Shown here: positions 1-10,860 of the stretch, piece after piece
Position numbering within the stretch: the first letter of the stretch is position 1
Layout of the letters: every line of letters starts with the position of its first letter
IMG/VR virus record: IMGVR_UViG_3300045988_175328
Location: 163,220-227,219 of that record
Direction: 5' to 3' (one strand)
Length of the DNA stretch: 64,000 bases
Origin: a virus
Notes under the pieces: model-generated
What the model was told of the DNA's origin: nothing
Seen by the model: the letters and a program-made list of their open reading frames with translations, nothing else
Database searches by the model: none
Translations under genes and position numbers: made by a program

Positions 1-1
1 G

Positions 2-862
2 ATGAATTTAAATAATAAAGACGCTCAAAATAAAGAAATAATTAAGATACATGATTTTGTCGAAGAGAATGTCGTCCCAAAAATAGAATCTATTTCAAAT
101 ATCGATCGAATTAATAAATTTAAAAATGAATATGGTTCTGAAATTAAATTATTTAAATCAAAACTGCAACGTAAATTCTATGAATTTATCGATAGTTTAA
201 ATGTTAAATTAAAAAATATTTATACAAAAATTGAATCTGATAGACTTTTCATTAGAAAAGAAGATAAAGAAAATTTTGTTGACCGATCTACAAAGTGGAC
301 TACAAATAAAACACAATTATTTAAAGATGGTGCTTTTTTAAATATTTCAGATCGAACAGATACACTCATGCTTTTAAATGGCGTTAAGTTTGTTTTAGAC
401 GGAAACAAAATAAAATTTATTAATCCTGATGGAAGTGAAATATATTCTTACGATCCAGATACTGAAACACAATATGTTCATGGCAAAGAAGTTGTTTCTC
501 TTACCGAAAAAGTAGTTTCTGGTGGATTATGGAAAACAATTCCAAATTCTTCGGCTGATCAATTGAATCAGAAGATAATGTTACCTAGTTATTTTAATGA
601 TTTAATGATCGTTTATTATCGAGGTCAAAATAGTTGGTATTGGCCACCAAAAGGTCCTCTTTATGAACAACTTTGTCGACCAGAATTGCCAATAAAATTC
701 TATACAATTTATGGGAAGTTAGGAATTGAAGTGACAAAAGAACATGTTAAGATAACATCTAAAGGCCCAGGCATGTTTGCTTCTGCATGGCCAGAAAATA
801 TAGATGGAAACAAGTTAAGTAAAAAAGATGAAGTAAAAATCTTAAAGGTGCTTTATCGATGA
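2..862 (+). CDS. hypothetical tail/baseplate-module protein (true start may lie upstream of window)
   Basis: 286-aa ORF; stop overlaps next start (ATGA at 859-862); no diagnostic motif seen. Confidence 0.6.
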   Translation: MNLNNKDAQNKEIIKIHDFVEENVVPKIESISNIDRINKFKNEYGSEIKLFKSKLQRKFYEFIDSLNVKLKNIYTKIESDRLFIRKEDKENFVDRSTKWTTNKTQLFKDGAFLNISDRTDTLMLLNGVKFVLDGNKIKFINPDGSEIYSYDPDTETQYVHGKEVVSLTEKVVSGGLWKTIPNSSADQLNQKIMLPSYFNDLMIVYYRGQNSWYWPPKGPLYEQLCRPELPIKFYTIYGKLGIEVTKEHVKITSKGPGMFASAWPENIDGNKLSKKDEVKILKVLYR

Positions 863-1938
863 TTGATTTTTTAAAAACTACATTAGAACAAATAAGAGCC
901 TTACGGCGGCAAATCTTTTTGTTTAACAAACTAGAAAGTATTGTAAATGATCGCGGCTCTTTTAACGTTTTCAATGAAGCTGCAAAATATTTAGAAAAAT
1001 TACTTACCGATACTACTTCTGATTTTTCTGATCAAATCCAAAAACTTCGAGATAAGTTTAATAATGATATGCTCAATTATTATCAAACTTCTGAAGCTGA
1101 TGAAAGATATCTTCTCAAATCAGAAGGTGAAAATTATCTTAAATTTTCAAAACCATCGATGAATAATATTATAGAAATTAATTCAGGCGACTCTCCCGCT
1201 ATTGAATTCAAGTCTAGATCTAAACCATATTTTAAAATTAAAGAGATCGAAATTACAGGATTTCCTTTTAAAATTTTAAAAAATGGTGTGCCGATATTCG
1301 AACTTGACAATCTTGGAATTAAATCTAATAAGAAAACTATTGTTACTGAAGAAAATATGTCTTCTTTTATAAAAATGACAGATTGGAAAATAGCACAAGT
1401 AAAAGATGGTCATTTATTCGAAATTCCTTCTGATCAATTTAATGAATATTGGATGGCTCCAAAGAACAATAACTGGACTAACTCATTCTATGTTTATGTG
1501 AAAAATACTTTATCTATGGAAATGAATTCAACTGTTTTAGATGAAGATGTTACAAAAGAAGGAAATCTTCCAATGACAGGATCTCCATATTATGCATTCT
1601 GGTATCCTCAAAATAAAGTTCAATGGGGTTCTGTCTTAGTTAAATATGAAAAAGCATGGGACGAAATGGAATGGAAAACAAGAACTGGAGTTCCGGCAGA
1701 TTATGTTTTACAACCTGGCGAGCGATATGGAACCGAATGGAAAAGAAAACATAAATGGAAAGGATATCATCCATATGAACGAAGAGACTGGGTTGATTAT
1801 CAAGTATTAAAAGCTCATCATCCTGGAAAAATAACATTTGATATACGAGAGCTTTATTCTCAACGACGAAAACATCGGCATTCTAGAAATGAACAATGGG
1901 ATTATGCTGGCGGATATTATGATGTATATTGGAGATAA
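859..1938 (+). CDS. hypothetical tail-module protein
   Basis: 359-aa ORF translationally coupled to neighbours; fibre-like SEADERYLLKSEGENYL segment. Confidence 0.65.
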   Translation: MIDFLKTTLEQIRALRRQIFLFNKLESIVNDRGSFNVFNEAAKYLEKLLTDTTSDFSDQIQKLRDKFNNDMLNYYQTSEADERYLLKSEGENYLKFSKPSMNNIIEINSGDSPAIEFKSRSKPYFKIKEIEITGFPFKILKNGVPIFELDNLGIKSNKKTIVTEENMSSFIKMTDWKIAQVKDGHLFEIPSDQFNEYWMAPKNNNWTNSFYVYVKNTLSMEMNSTVLDEDVTKEGNLPMTGSPYYAFWYPQNKVQWGSVLVKYEKAWDEMEWKTRTGVPADYVLQPGERYGTEWKRKHKWKGYHPYERRDWVDYQVLKAHHPGKITFDIRELYSQRRKHRHSRNEQWDYAGGYYDVYWR

Positions 1939-1941
1939 TAA

Positions 1942-2454
1942 ATGGATTTAAAAACAATAAAAGAATATATCGATGAACTAAAACAATCGATACAAAAATT
2001 AAAAACAGAACAAATTACTTCTCCAACATATATTGCCACCGATACTGTTCGTGAAAAGCTATTTACTAAAAACCAAACTATTGAGTTTTTACGTTCCATT
2101 AAAGCGAAACTTTCAGAGATCTCAATTAACGATCTTTCGATTGCTGATAATTCTATTCGTAAGAGTAGATTCACTATTACGTTCGGTAAAGATCTTTTAG
2201 TTAATAACAATAAAGTTCTAACCGAGAATATGAGCCGCGTCAATAAATTTAAGTATTATAAGAAAGAAGAGCTTGAAAATGGTGAATATTATTTGCTATT
2301 TAATTTAAGTCCTTTCTATGAGCCATATTTACTGTTCTTTGCTGGCGATAATATCGAAACTAATTTATTTACAATCATTGACCGTAAAATAACTTCAAAA
2401 TATACATTCACTATTCAGAAACGGGAGAATACTACTATCGATGGAAATCAATAA
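1942..2454 (+). CDS. hypothetical tail-module protein
   Basis: 170-aa ORF; GGAGA about 6 nt upstream of ATG. Confidence 0.6.
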   Translation: MDLKTIKEYIDELKQSIQKLKTEQITSPTYIATDTVREKLFTKNQTIEFLRSIKAKLSEISINDLSIADNSIRKSRFTITFGKDLLVNNNKVLTENMSRVNKFKYYKKEELENGEYYLLFNLSPFYEPYLLFFAGDNIETNLFTIIDRKITSKYTFTIQKRENTTIDGNQ

Positions 2455-2953
2455 TCAATTATTCGACCTAGTTTCTCTAGACAAGGAAACTCGAGAACTT
2501 GAAAAAATATTAATCGATGATATCGATTTCCTTATGAGTGAATTGTCGAATAAATATAAACAAGAACACACATTTGATCAAGATACACTTCTTAAGCAAG
2601 AAGAAGATGCAATTTGTAATATCGATACATTAATGACAAATACGACAGAAGGAAATATCACTATTACTGATGATTCCTTAAGTATTGGTAGTAATGTATT
2701 ATCTTCAAAAACATATAATAATAATAAATTAGTGTTTGATACAACACCAATTTTTACGTGGACACAAGTTCCACTTAATAAAACGATTCCTTTAGGCGAG
2801 TATACCGAGATATTAATTAAAAGTGACTTTGGCGACATTTTCTTGTTAAATAAAGCTGGTCACTATAAAAAAGAAACTTTGTATCTTGAAATTCTTGGCA
2901 ACTACTTAATAATCGACAACCTATCTTTAATAAAAGGAGTCTATCTACGATAA
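2441..2953 (+). CDS. hypothetical tail-module protein
   Basis: 170-aa ORF overlapping previous gene by 14 nt. Confidence 0.6.
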   Translation: MEINNQLFDLVSLDKETRELEKILIDDIDFLMSELSNKYKQEHTFDQDTLLKQEEDAICNIDTLMTNTTEGNITITDDSLSIGSNVLSSKTYNNNKLVFDTTPIFTWTQVPLNKTIPLGEYTEILIKSDFGDIFLLNKAGHYKKETLYLEILGNYLIIDNLSLIKGVYLR

Positions 2954-2954
2954 T

Positions 2955-3485
2955 ATGAAAAAACTATCGATGGATTCATTATTTACTAGACTTCAAAAAT
3001 TAGCCGCCATCTTAGATGAAATTCCCGATAAAATCATTAGTAATGAAGACATTATTATCGGGAATGACGGCTTAAAGTCAAGTAATATAAACACGGACTA
3101 TGTTCCGAAAACAGCTTTCGTCGATATGATTTCGGCGTCAAAATTAAATGCAAAATCACTCGTCGTAAATCACTTCGATTTCTATGATGGTGATATACAT
3201 TTCGGTCCACACACATTACATATCGACGACGAACCTGTTATCGATGAAAAAAAAGTTGTCCTTGAGAATACTGTTAAAGAAACAACTCATTTACTTCATC
3301 AATCGATACTTAATTTAAAAGAAGAACTCATAATTCTTACGAATCATGGGTTTTTTATTTTACCAAAAAATGAAATCGTCGACAATGCAATTATCCCGAA
3401 TCTTGGTATTATCCGTCTCATAGATAATGTGATTTCGATTCGAACCGATCGCGATATCGAAATTAAAGGAGCTTTTACACGATGA
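2955..3485 (+). CDS. hypothetical tail-module protein
   Basis: 176-aa ORF starting 2 nt after previous stop. Confidence 0.6.
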   Translation: MKKLSMDSLFTRLQKLAAILDEIPDKIISNEDIIIGNDGLKSSNINTDYVPKTAFVDMISASKLNAKSLVVNHFDFYDGDIHFGPHTLHIDDEPVIDEKKVVLENTVKETTHLLHQSILNLKEELIILTNHGFFILPKNEIVDNAIIPNLGIIRLIDNVISIRTDRDIEIKGAFTR

Positions 3486-3901
3486 AACATTTTATTGATC
3501 AAGCTTCATTGAACGAAACAAGTATTGAATACTTAGTCTATAAGTTAAATGAAGTCATCCGAAATCTTAATAACAAACCCGATATTCATGATCTTGAGTA
3601 CTGGGAAGATTATTTCTCTAAAATAAAAGCCCGCGAAGAAAATCTTACGTATGAAGATATTCTCGAAGGGCTTAAAAATAAGCCTAGCTTTAGCGAAGTA
3701 CGCGAAGAAATTCGTGCCGAACTTACTAAGCTTATTGACGAAATTAACCAACGTATCTACCAGCCATCTCTCGAACAATTACTTCGAGTTATCGGCGATA
3801 GTTTACAGGAACATATTCAACGAATGGCGCAACAATATCTTGATCGTTCAATCAACGATATTAAAGAACAATTAAGCGCTGAAATTATTTACTGGTCCTA
3901 G
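3482..3901 (+). CDS. hypothetical tail-module protein
   Basis: 139-aa ORF, ATGA overlap with previous gene. Confidence 0.6.
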   Translation: MKHFIDQASLNETSIEYLVYKLNEVIRNLNNKPDIHDLEYWEDYFSKIKAREENLTYEDILEGLKNKPSFSEVREEIRAELTKLIDEINQRIYQPSLEQLLRVIGDSLQEHIQRMAQQYLDRSINDIKEQLSAEIIYWS

Positions 3902-3909
3902 GAGAACAA

Positions 3910-6900
3910 ATGCTTAAATCTAGAATCCATTTTGGCCTTTACGATCCTCGTAAAGATAGAGGTATTAATTTTAATGGTGGCAACGGTGGAAGTGTTACGC
4001 CATCTGCACCTACAACAGATTTAACTGACTTGTCTAATGCTGTTAAAGCTGCCGATCAAGCTGTTAAAGCTGCTGAACAAAAATTAGCAGAAACGAAAGC
4101 GACTGCTGATTCTAATAAAGAAAAAACGGCTGAAAATAACTCCTTAGCCAAAGCTGCTCAAGCTGCTGCTGATGTAGCAAAAGCTTCTGCAGAACTTGCG
4201 AAAGCTGAAGCAGCTGCGGCCAAGGCGAAAGGTGAAGAAGCTGTTGGTCTTGCAAATGCTGGCACAGCTAAAGCAAACGAAGTCGAAGCTAAAGCTCAAG
4301 AAGCTAAAGTTGCGGCCGATGCTGCTAAAGAAGCTGCTGATGCTGCTAAAGCTGCGATCGAAGAAGTCAAAGCATTAGCTCAAGAAGCTAAACAAAAAGC
4401 AGAACAAGCTGCTGCCGGTAATGCAACTCCAAGTGCTCCTGCATCTGATCCAGCTGCTGCTCGAAAAGCTGAAGAAGCGAAACAAGAAGCCGCTGCCGCT
4501 AAAGCTGCTGTTGAAGAAGCTAAACCAAAAGTTGAAGCTGCAAAACAAGCTGCCGATGAAGCAAAAGCAAAAGCTGAAGAATTAGGCCCTAAAATTGAAG
4601 AAGCCAAAACTCTTGCACGTAAAGCTCAAGAAGATGCTAACCTTGCAAAAGCTGGCCTCGAAGAAGTTAAACCTAAAATTGATGCAGCGAAACAAACTGC
4701 TGAAGATGCTAAAACTAAAGCTGATGAAGCTAAAGCTGCAATCGACGGTCTTAAAGAAAAGAACGACGAATTAAAACAAAAAGTTAACGAAGCATTAACA
4801 GCTGTTCAAGGTCAAAACGACGGCATCTCTGAAGCTAAAACTAAAGCTGCCGATGCTCTTGGAAAAGCTAACGAAACTCTTCAAAAATTCCCAGTTCTCG
4901 ATGCTAAAGTCGATACAGCAAAAGAAGTAGCGGAAGCTGCTAAAGCAAAAGCTAACGAAGTAGAAGCTATTGCTAATGCTGCGAACGAAGCTGCATTGGC
5001 AACTAATCGTGCTATCAGTGAATTAACTCCTAAAGTTGAAGAAGCTAAAACTCTTGCAACAGAAGCAAAAGAAAAAGCTAACGAAGTCGAAGGTAAGGCT
5101 ACTGAAGCTAAAACTGCAGCTGGTGAAGCTACAGCTAAAGCCGAAGCTGCCGACACTAAAGCACAAGGAGTTAAAGAAGCTGTCGACACTTTAAAACAAG
5201 AAATTGCAGCCGATAAAGAAAATATCAAAGCTACTTACTTACCTAAAACAGAAGCAGCTGCTATGTATCAACCTAAAGGTGAATACGTATCCTTAACAGA
5301 ACTTGCTGAAAAGATTCGTGAAGCTAATGACGGTGATCTAAAAGCAACTGATGCTGACGCTAAATATGCGACTAAAGCTGAGATCGAAGCTCTTAATAAA
5401 GCAATGACTCCTGAAGCAGTCGCTCAAATTAAAAAAGCAATCCAAGTTCTTCAAGACAATCCTGACTTGATGGAACAAATCGCTAAGAAAGCGAATGCTG
5501 ATACAGTTTATACTAAAGAACAAATGGATCACGATCTTCAAGAATTACGTAAATTAATTACTGATCTTGAAACTAAAGTTAAAGAACCAGGCGAAGCTCC
5601 TGATTTAACTCAATTCGTTAAACTTTCTGAATTAAGTGAAAAAGTATTAGCCCTTGTCGACTTAACTCCTTACTTAACAAAAGAAGAAGCTGAGCGTACA
5701 TATCTTAAAAAAGTTGATCTTCCAGATATCGAAGCTATCAAAACTCAACTTGCAACTAAACTTGACGAAAGTGCATTGCAAACAGTTACTCAAACTCTTG
5801 AGTTATTAGTGACTGATGTACAAGCTAATAAAGCTGACGTTCTTAAATATAAACAACAAATCACTGAAGCTAACGATAATGCAGCTGCTGCTAAAGCAAA
5901 AGCAGAAGGATTAGAACCTCGCGTAGCTGGTATCGAAGAAAAACAAGAATTTGTTAAACGTACCGTAATGGAAGCTTCTGCAAAAGCTGATGCCGCTGGA
6001 GGACAAATTCAATCTATTCGCGAGTTCATCGATAATTTACATGTTCCTGAAGTTAGCGGTTTCGCAACTAAAAAAGAAGTTGCAGGCAAGGCCGATAAAT
6101 CTCAATTAGAAGCTCTTGCTACTAAAGAAGAATTAGGTGCTAAAGCAAATGCAAGCGACTTAACTTCTTTGGCAACTAAAGAAGAAGTAGCAGCTAAAGC
6201 AAACGCTTCTGATTTAACTTCTTTAGCCACTAAAGAAGAAGTAGCGGCTAAAGCAAACGCAAGTGACTTGACTTCTTTGGCTACTAAAGAAGAATTACAA
6301 GCTAAAGCTAATGCAAGTGATTTAACTTCTCTTGCTACAAAAGAAGAGTTAGCTACTAAAGCTAATGCATCTGACTTAACACCTTTAGCGACAAAAGAAG
6401 AAGTTAATGCTGTCGATACTAAAGCTACTGGATTAACAACTCGCGTTGAAACTTTAGAAAATGCAACTCACTTCACAAAAGCTGAAGCTGATGAAGCATA
6501 TCAACCAAAAGGCGAATATGCTCTTAAATCTCAATTAGATGCAATTGCTGGTCTTGACTCTGCAACTGTTGAAAAATTAAAAGCTATGCTTACCGATTTA
6601 GAAGCGAACGGCAACGTTGCTGCTATTGTTGAAAAACTTGGTAAAGTATACACTAAAGAAGAAGCTAATGGCTTACTTGCAGCTCTTGCTACTAAAGAAG
6701 AAATTGCTGATGTTGTTAAATCTCCAGCTCTTGCGGCTTTAAAACAAGAGTTAGAAACAGCTATCGAAGCAAATGCTACGAAAGAAGAATTAGCAGCTAA
6801 GGCAAACGCTAGTGACTTGACTCCTCTTGCTACTAAAGAAGAGCTTACTGCTAAAGCTCAAGAGTTAACAACAGTTATCGAAGCTAAAGCTACTAAGGAA

Positions 6901-8922
6901 GAATTGGCTGCTAAAGCTAATGCAAGCGACTTAACTCCTTTAGCCACTAAAGAAGAAGTTAATACTAAAGCACAAGAATTAACGACAGCTATCGAAGCTA
7001 AAACAACTCTTGATGCAGTGAAAGCAGTATATGATCCTAAGATCGAAACTATTAATTCTAAAGATGCTGAGCAAGATGCTAAGATTCAAGCTAATACTAC
7101 AGCTCTTGAAGGTAAAGCTAATACATCTGCTTTAGAAACATTAGCAACAAAAGAAGAGGTTGCTGGCAAAGCCGACAAATCTCAATTGTTAGCTCTTGCT
7201 ACTAAAGAAGAATTAGCTCTTAAAGCAGATGCTGCTACATTATCTTCTTACTTAACTGGCGAACAAGCTACTGGCTTATATGCTCCAAAAGAAGCAACAG
7301 CTAATGCTATTGAAGAAGTTAAACGAGATGTTACTACAATTCGTGATACCACAATCGATGCAAAAGTAACAGCTAAACTTGGCGAAGAATTACCAAAATA
7401 CCAATTAAAAGGTAATTATGTAACTCGTGAAACTGCTGACGCTACATACCAACCTATCGGTCAATATGTAACGACAGAAAAAGCTAATGAACTTCATCAA
7501 GAAGCATTAGGTAAAGCAGCCGAAGCTAAATCTGCAGCCGATACTGTAACAAATACTGTAACGACTACTCTTCCAACTCTTGCAACTAAAGAAGAAGTTG
7601 GCACCGCTAAAACTGAAGTTCTTTCTTCTGTTGAAGCTGGATACGTTAAAAAAACTGCTCTTGCTGATTACGTTACAACTGCAAAACATACAGAAGACTT
7701 AACAACTAAAGAAACTGAGATTAAAGCCTTCGCCGAAGAAACTTATCTTAAAAAATCTGACGCTAAAAAAGTTGGTCTTACTGAACAAGATGTTGACAGC
7801 ATTGTCGATAATAAATTAGTTGATGTTAAAGAAGCTGTAAAAACAGTAACAGAAATCAAAGCTAATGTCGGTAAAAATCAATCTAGCGTAGAAGGCATTA
7901 TTGCTACTTTATCTGAAAAAGCATCGAAAGAAGAAACTAAAGATCTTGCATCTAAAGTTCTTTTAAATCAAACTAAAGAAGCATTAGAACAATCTATCCA
8001 AGCTCAAGTTCAAGCTTTAGCTGAAGCTAAACAAGCATTAGAACAAGCTATTTCTTCTCAACATGATTCTGATATCGCGGCATTCCAAACTAAAGCTGAT
8101 TTCGCGACATGGTTAACTGATACTTATACAGCAGCTATTAATCAAATCAAAACTGATATGATGACAGCTGAAAAAACTGGTACAGCTATCGACGAAAAAT
8201 TAAAAACTTTCCGCACAACATTAGATTCTGTATTCCAACCTATCGGTGATTACATTACTCGTGAAGAGTTTAATCGCAACACTCCTGGTTATATCACTAA
8301 AACAGAATCTGATCGTTTGTATCAAGGTATTGGTAACTATGCAACAGCTACTGATGTTGAATCTCAAATCAATGCTGTTAAACAAACTATTCAAGGTATT
8401 CAATCTGCAGCTAATAATGCATTAACTCTTGATGGAGCTAAAGCAGTATTCGCGTTGAAAGGTGATTATTTCACTCGTGCCGATCTTGAAACTATTGCTA
8501 AAGATTCTGCTTTTGCAACAGTTATCAATCAAGCGATTGCTTCTCAAAACTTCTTAGACTCTGCAACAGCAGAATCTCGTTACCAACGTAAAGGTAATTT
8601 TGCAACAAAAGAAGAAGTTCAACAATTAATCGATGGCGCAGGATTATCCTCTGATCAAAGTGCAGCTCTTGCTAAACTTGAAGGTTTCGATAAAGCAAAC
8701 TATGTTCTTAAAGAAACTTACGATACTAAAGTTCAAGCTCTTCAAGCTGAGATCGATGCTCTTAAATCTAAACCAGCAGTAGCACAATCTGGTGCAGCTG
8801 CTACTCGTCCATCTCAAAATCTAGTTGCTGGACAAATGTTCTTCAATACTGACACAAAAGCAATGGAATACTACGATGGCACTCAATGGGTATCTCCATT
8901 AACAGCTACTCGTATTTCTTAA
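3910..8922 (+). CDS. giant coiled-coil fibre protein (tail or head fibre)
   Basis: 1670-aa ORF with AGGAGA RBS; N-terminal several hundred aa of Ala/Lys/Glu low complexity; repeated Y-x-P-K-G-x-Y and LATKEE motifs; C-terminal GQMFFNTDTKAMEYYDGTQWV knob-like motif. Confidence 0.8.
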   Translation: MLKSRIHFGLYDPRKDRGINFNGGNGGSVTPSAPTTDLTDLSNAVKAADQAVKAAEQKLAETKATADSNKEKTAENNSLAKAAQAAADVAKASAELAKAEAAAAKAKGEEAVGLANAGTAKANEVEAKAQEAKVAADAAKEAADAAKAAIEEVKALAQEAKQKAEQAAAGNATPSAPASDPAAARKAEEAKQEAAAAKAAVEEAKPKVEAAKQAADEAKAKAEELGPKIEEAKTLARKAQEDANLAKAGLEEVKPKIDAAKQTAEDAKTKADEAKAAIDGLKEKNDELKQKVNEALTAVQGQNDGISEAKTKAADALGKANETLQKFPVLDAKVDTAKEVAEAAKAKANEVEAIANAANEAALATNRAISELTPKVEEAKTLATEAKEKANEVEGKATEAKTAAGEATAKAEAADTKAQGVKEAVDTLKQEIAADKENIKATYLPKTEAAAMYQPKGEYVSLTELAEKIREANDGDLKATDADAKYATKAEIEALNKAMTPEAVAQIKKAIQVLQDNPDLMEQIAKKANADTVYTKEQMDHDLQELRKLITDLETKVKEPGEAPDLTQFVKLSELSEKVLALVDLTPYLTKEEAERTYLKKVDLPDIEAIKTQLATKLDESALQTVTQTLELLVTDVQANKADVLKYKQQITEANDNAAAAKAKAEGLEPRVAGIEEKQEFVKRTVMEASAKADAAGGQIQSIREFIDNLHVPEVSGFATKKEVAGKADKSQLEALATKEELGAKANASDLTSLATKEEVAAKANASDLTSLATKEEVAAKANASDLTSLATKEELQAKANASDLTSLATKEELATKANASDLTPLATKEEVNAVDTKATGLTTRVETLENATHFTKAEADEAYQPKGEYALKSQLDAIAGLDSATVEKLKAMLTDLEANGNVAAIVEKLGKVYTKEEANGLLAALATKEEIADVVKSPALAALKQELETAIEANATKEELAAKANASDLTPLATKEELTAKAQELTTVIEAKATKEELAAKANASDLTPLATKEEVNTKAQELTTAIEAKTTLDAVKAVYDPKIETINSKDAEQDAKIQANTTALEGKANTSALETLATKEEVAGKADKSQLLALATKEELALKADAATLSSYLTGEQATGLYAPKEATANAIEEVKRDVTTIRDTTIDAKVTAKLGEELPKYQLKGNYVTRETADATYQPIGQYVTTEKANELHQEALGKAAEAKSAADTVTNTVTTTLPTLATKEEVGTAKTEVLSSVEAGYVKKTALADYVTTAKHTEDLTTKETEIKAFAEETYLKKSDAKKVGLTEQDVDSIVDNKLVDVKEAVKTVTEIKANVGKNQSSVEGIIATLSEKASKEETKDLASKVLLNQTKEALEQSIQAQVQALAEAKQALEQAISSQHDSDIAAFQTKADFATWLTDTYTAAINQIKTDMMTAEKTGTAIDEKLKTFRTTLDSVFQPIGDYITREEFNRNTPGYITKTESDRLYQGIGNYATATDVESQINAVKQTIQGIQSAANNALTLDGAKAVFALKGDYFTRADLETIAKDSAFATVINQAIASQNFLDSATAESRYQRKGNFATKEEVQQLIDGAGLSSDQSAALAKLEGFDKANYVLKETYDTKVQALQAEIDALKSKPAVAQSGAAATRPSQNLVAGQMFFNTDTKAMEYYDGTQWVSPLTATRIS
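6115..6384 (+). repeat. five tandem 54-nt (18-aa) units LATKEE[LV]xAKANASDLT[SP] inside the fibre gene
   Basis: unit starts at 6115, 6169, 6223, 6277, 6331; protein nearly identical, codons differ. Confidence 0.9.
6775..7002 (+). repeat. two tandem 114-nt (38-aa) units inside the fibre gene
   Basis: ATKEELAAKANASDLTPLATKEE..KAQELTT.IEAK read twice, second unit starts at 6889. Confidence 0.8.
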
Positions 8923-8937
8923 TCTAATTATTAATTA

Positions 8938-8966
8938 AGAGGCGGTTTAACTGCCGCCTCTTTTTT
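8938..8966 (+). terminator. intrinsic terminator after fibre gene
   Basis: 8-bp stem agaggcgg/ccgcctct, 8-nt loop, T6 run. Confidence 0.85.
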
Positions 8967-8985
8967 ACTTAAGAAAGGAAATTTT

Positions 8986-9906
8986 ATGTCAGAAAAAGAC
9001 GTTAAAAAAATTGCGTTCTGTTCTTTAGATGAATATAAAACAATTCAAAAAGAAGAAGGAACGGAATATATTATCGACGCTGCCGATATTTCTGAAGCGA
9101 TTACAAATAGTGACGCAATTGATCCTGGGCATTCATCAGAAAGCCATACGTCTAAAGAAGAGGTATGTAAATTTCCAGTTTTTGTTAGAAGATTTTTTGT
9201 CCGAAAAGAATCTGATGAAGAAGGCGCTAGTTATTTTTGTGTAGATGTTCATAAAACTTTTGGCGGGTATAAACAAGAATTAAAAAGTGATAATTATTTT
9301 TATTTATCAAAAAGTCATTTTTCTAATATTGATTTTTCTACTAATTCTCATTTTGAACATACTGTAAAAACAATTACATCTTATGGAAAAAAATATTATA
9401 TTCATTATTTTAAGATGATCCCACATTCTGGAGCAGAAAGCTCAGCCTTTACTATGGGAAGCTATAAGAGTAAATATAATATTTATTTGTCTACTTCTTT
9501 AAATGTTCCATCTGATTATATTAAAATTTATGAATCATATAATTTAGATAACATCAGTATTTATAATGAAGAACTTGATCTTGAGCCATATATTTATCTT
9601 GATGATATGAAGTATGGTTATACTCAACCGTTTATTATAGAAGCTACCTCTGAAGAAATTCCAGAACAGTATCGAGAAAAATTTGAAGAATATAAACATA
9701 AATTCATAGATCATTTCAATCAATCTAAAATGAAATTTTATGTTATACCAAAAGAATATGGTAAGTACATTAATATCGACGAGCGAGATTTTCAAGATTC
9801 AAAGTTATTCGAAAAAGATATTTTTTTTGATAATTACAATAACATTCCTGAAGATCAAGAGTATTTATTTTTAATGATGTATTTTCAAGAATTTAAATTA
9901 AATTAA
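8986..9906 (+). CDS. hypothetical fibre-associated protein, paralogue of next gene in N-terminal ~55 aa
   Basis: 306-aa ORF, GAAAGGA RBS; MSEKDVKKIAFCSLDEYKT...ITNSD aligns with 9916 product. Confidence 0.7.
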   Translation: MSEKDVKKIAFCSLDEYKTIQKEEGTEYIIDAADISEAITNSDAIDPGHSSESHTSKEEVCKFPVFVRRFFVRKESDEEGASYFCVDVHKTFGGYKQELKSDNYFYLSKSHFSNIDFSTNSHFEHTVKTITSYGKKYYIHYFKMIPHSGAESSAFTMGSYKSKYNIYLSTSLNVPSDYIKIYESYNLDNISIYNEELDLEPYIYLDDMKYGYTQPFIIEATSEEIPEQYREKFEEYKHKFIDHFNQSKMKFYVIPKEYGKYINIDERDFQDSKLFEKDIFFDNYNNIPEDQEYLFLMMYFQEFKLN

Positions 9907-9915
9907 TAGGTAAAG

Positions 9916-10860
9916 ATGTCTCAAGATAAAGTAAATAAAATTGTATTTTGTTCTTTAGATGAGTATAAAACTCTAAGTAAGGAAGAAAATACAGGATATA
10001 TAATCGATGCTAAAGATGTCTCTGAGGCTATTACAAACAGTGATACTATAGAATCTGGTGGACATAGTTCTGAAGGTCATTCTGTCGATCCGAATCAAGA
10101 ACCTGATTTTATCTGGCTGCCACATCTTTATAAAAAGTTTGATTTACAAAATGTAAAAGAGCCAGCATCTTTAGAATATGAAACGAATAATCCAAGTAGA
10201 ATTGGGTATGCGAAACCAGTTATTTTTCAAGGGACATTAAAAAATAAGCAAATACAATTACTCGATAATGTAATTAATTACGATGCTTTAACTGAAGTTA
10301 ATATCGGCAATATTTCAATCGACAAATTTAATAATTTGTCTCTTTTGAGGATTCCACTAAATAAAGAGAAGTTGCCCTTTTTCTTTAAAGGCAATACTCA
10401 AGAGAAAATTTTTCCTGTGTTATCTACACTTTCTGAGTCTACTTCTTCTTCTGAATTTCCAATTCCTTTTGTTTATTATTCTGTAGGAGAATCTAGTTCA
10501 TTTTCCTTTTCTGCTAATGATCGGGACTATTATTTTAGCAATCCTATATATAATTCTACCGATAAAACATCTGAATGGAGTTTTTATCTTGATGAAGAAA
10601 GAAATTATTACATTCAAAGTTCTTTTATCGAAACAAAAGAAATAAAAGAAATGCAAGATGGACCAGAAAAAGAAGCAGCTAAAAAAGAAAGAAAAACAAA
10701 GCTAGTTGAAAAGCTAAAGAATCAGAATAATTTATTTTACTTCTGTGGAGTCGATTATTTCCAATTTAGTAATATTCAAGAGCCTCCTGATGCTGAAAAT
10801 TTTAATTGGTTTAACATTGGAGATTTAAAAGTACGATTCAAAAAACTTCACCGTTCCTAA
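9916..10860 (+). CDS. hypothetical fibre-associated protein, paralogue of previous gene in N-terminal ~55 aa
   Basis: 314-aa ORF; MSQDKVNKIVFCSLDEYKT...ITNSD. Confidence 0.7.
   Translation: MSQDKVNKIVFCSLDEYKTLSKEENTGYIIDAKDVSEAITNSDTIESGGHSSEGHSVDPNQEPDFIWLPHLYKKFDLQNVKEPASLEYETNNPSRIGYAKPVIFQGTLKNKQIQLLDNVINYDALTEVNIGNISIDKFNNLSLLRIPLNKEKLPFFFKGNTQEKIFPVLSTLSESTSSSEFPIPFVYYSVGESSSFSFSANDRDYYFSNPIYNSTDKTSEWSFYLDEERNYYIQSSFIETKEIKEMQDGPEKEAAKKERKTKLVEKLKNQNNLFYFCGVDYFQFSNIQEPPDAENFNWFNIGDLKVRFKKLHRS

Noticed and set aside
4380-5228. Minus-strand ORFs 4380..4607 and 4881..5228, and the + strand ORF 4196..4378, inside the giant fibre gene
   Set aside because: They are mirror or shifted-frame artefacts of the GCT/GCA/AAA/GAA low-complexity coding region. 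They have no RBS and are fully embedded in a much longer ORF.
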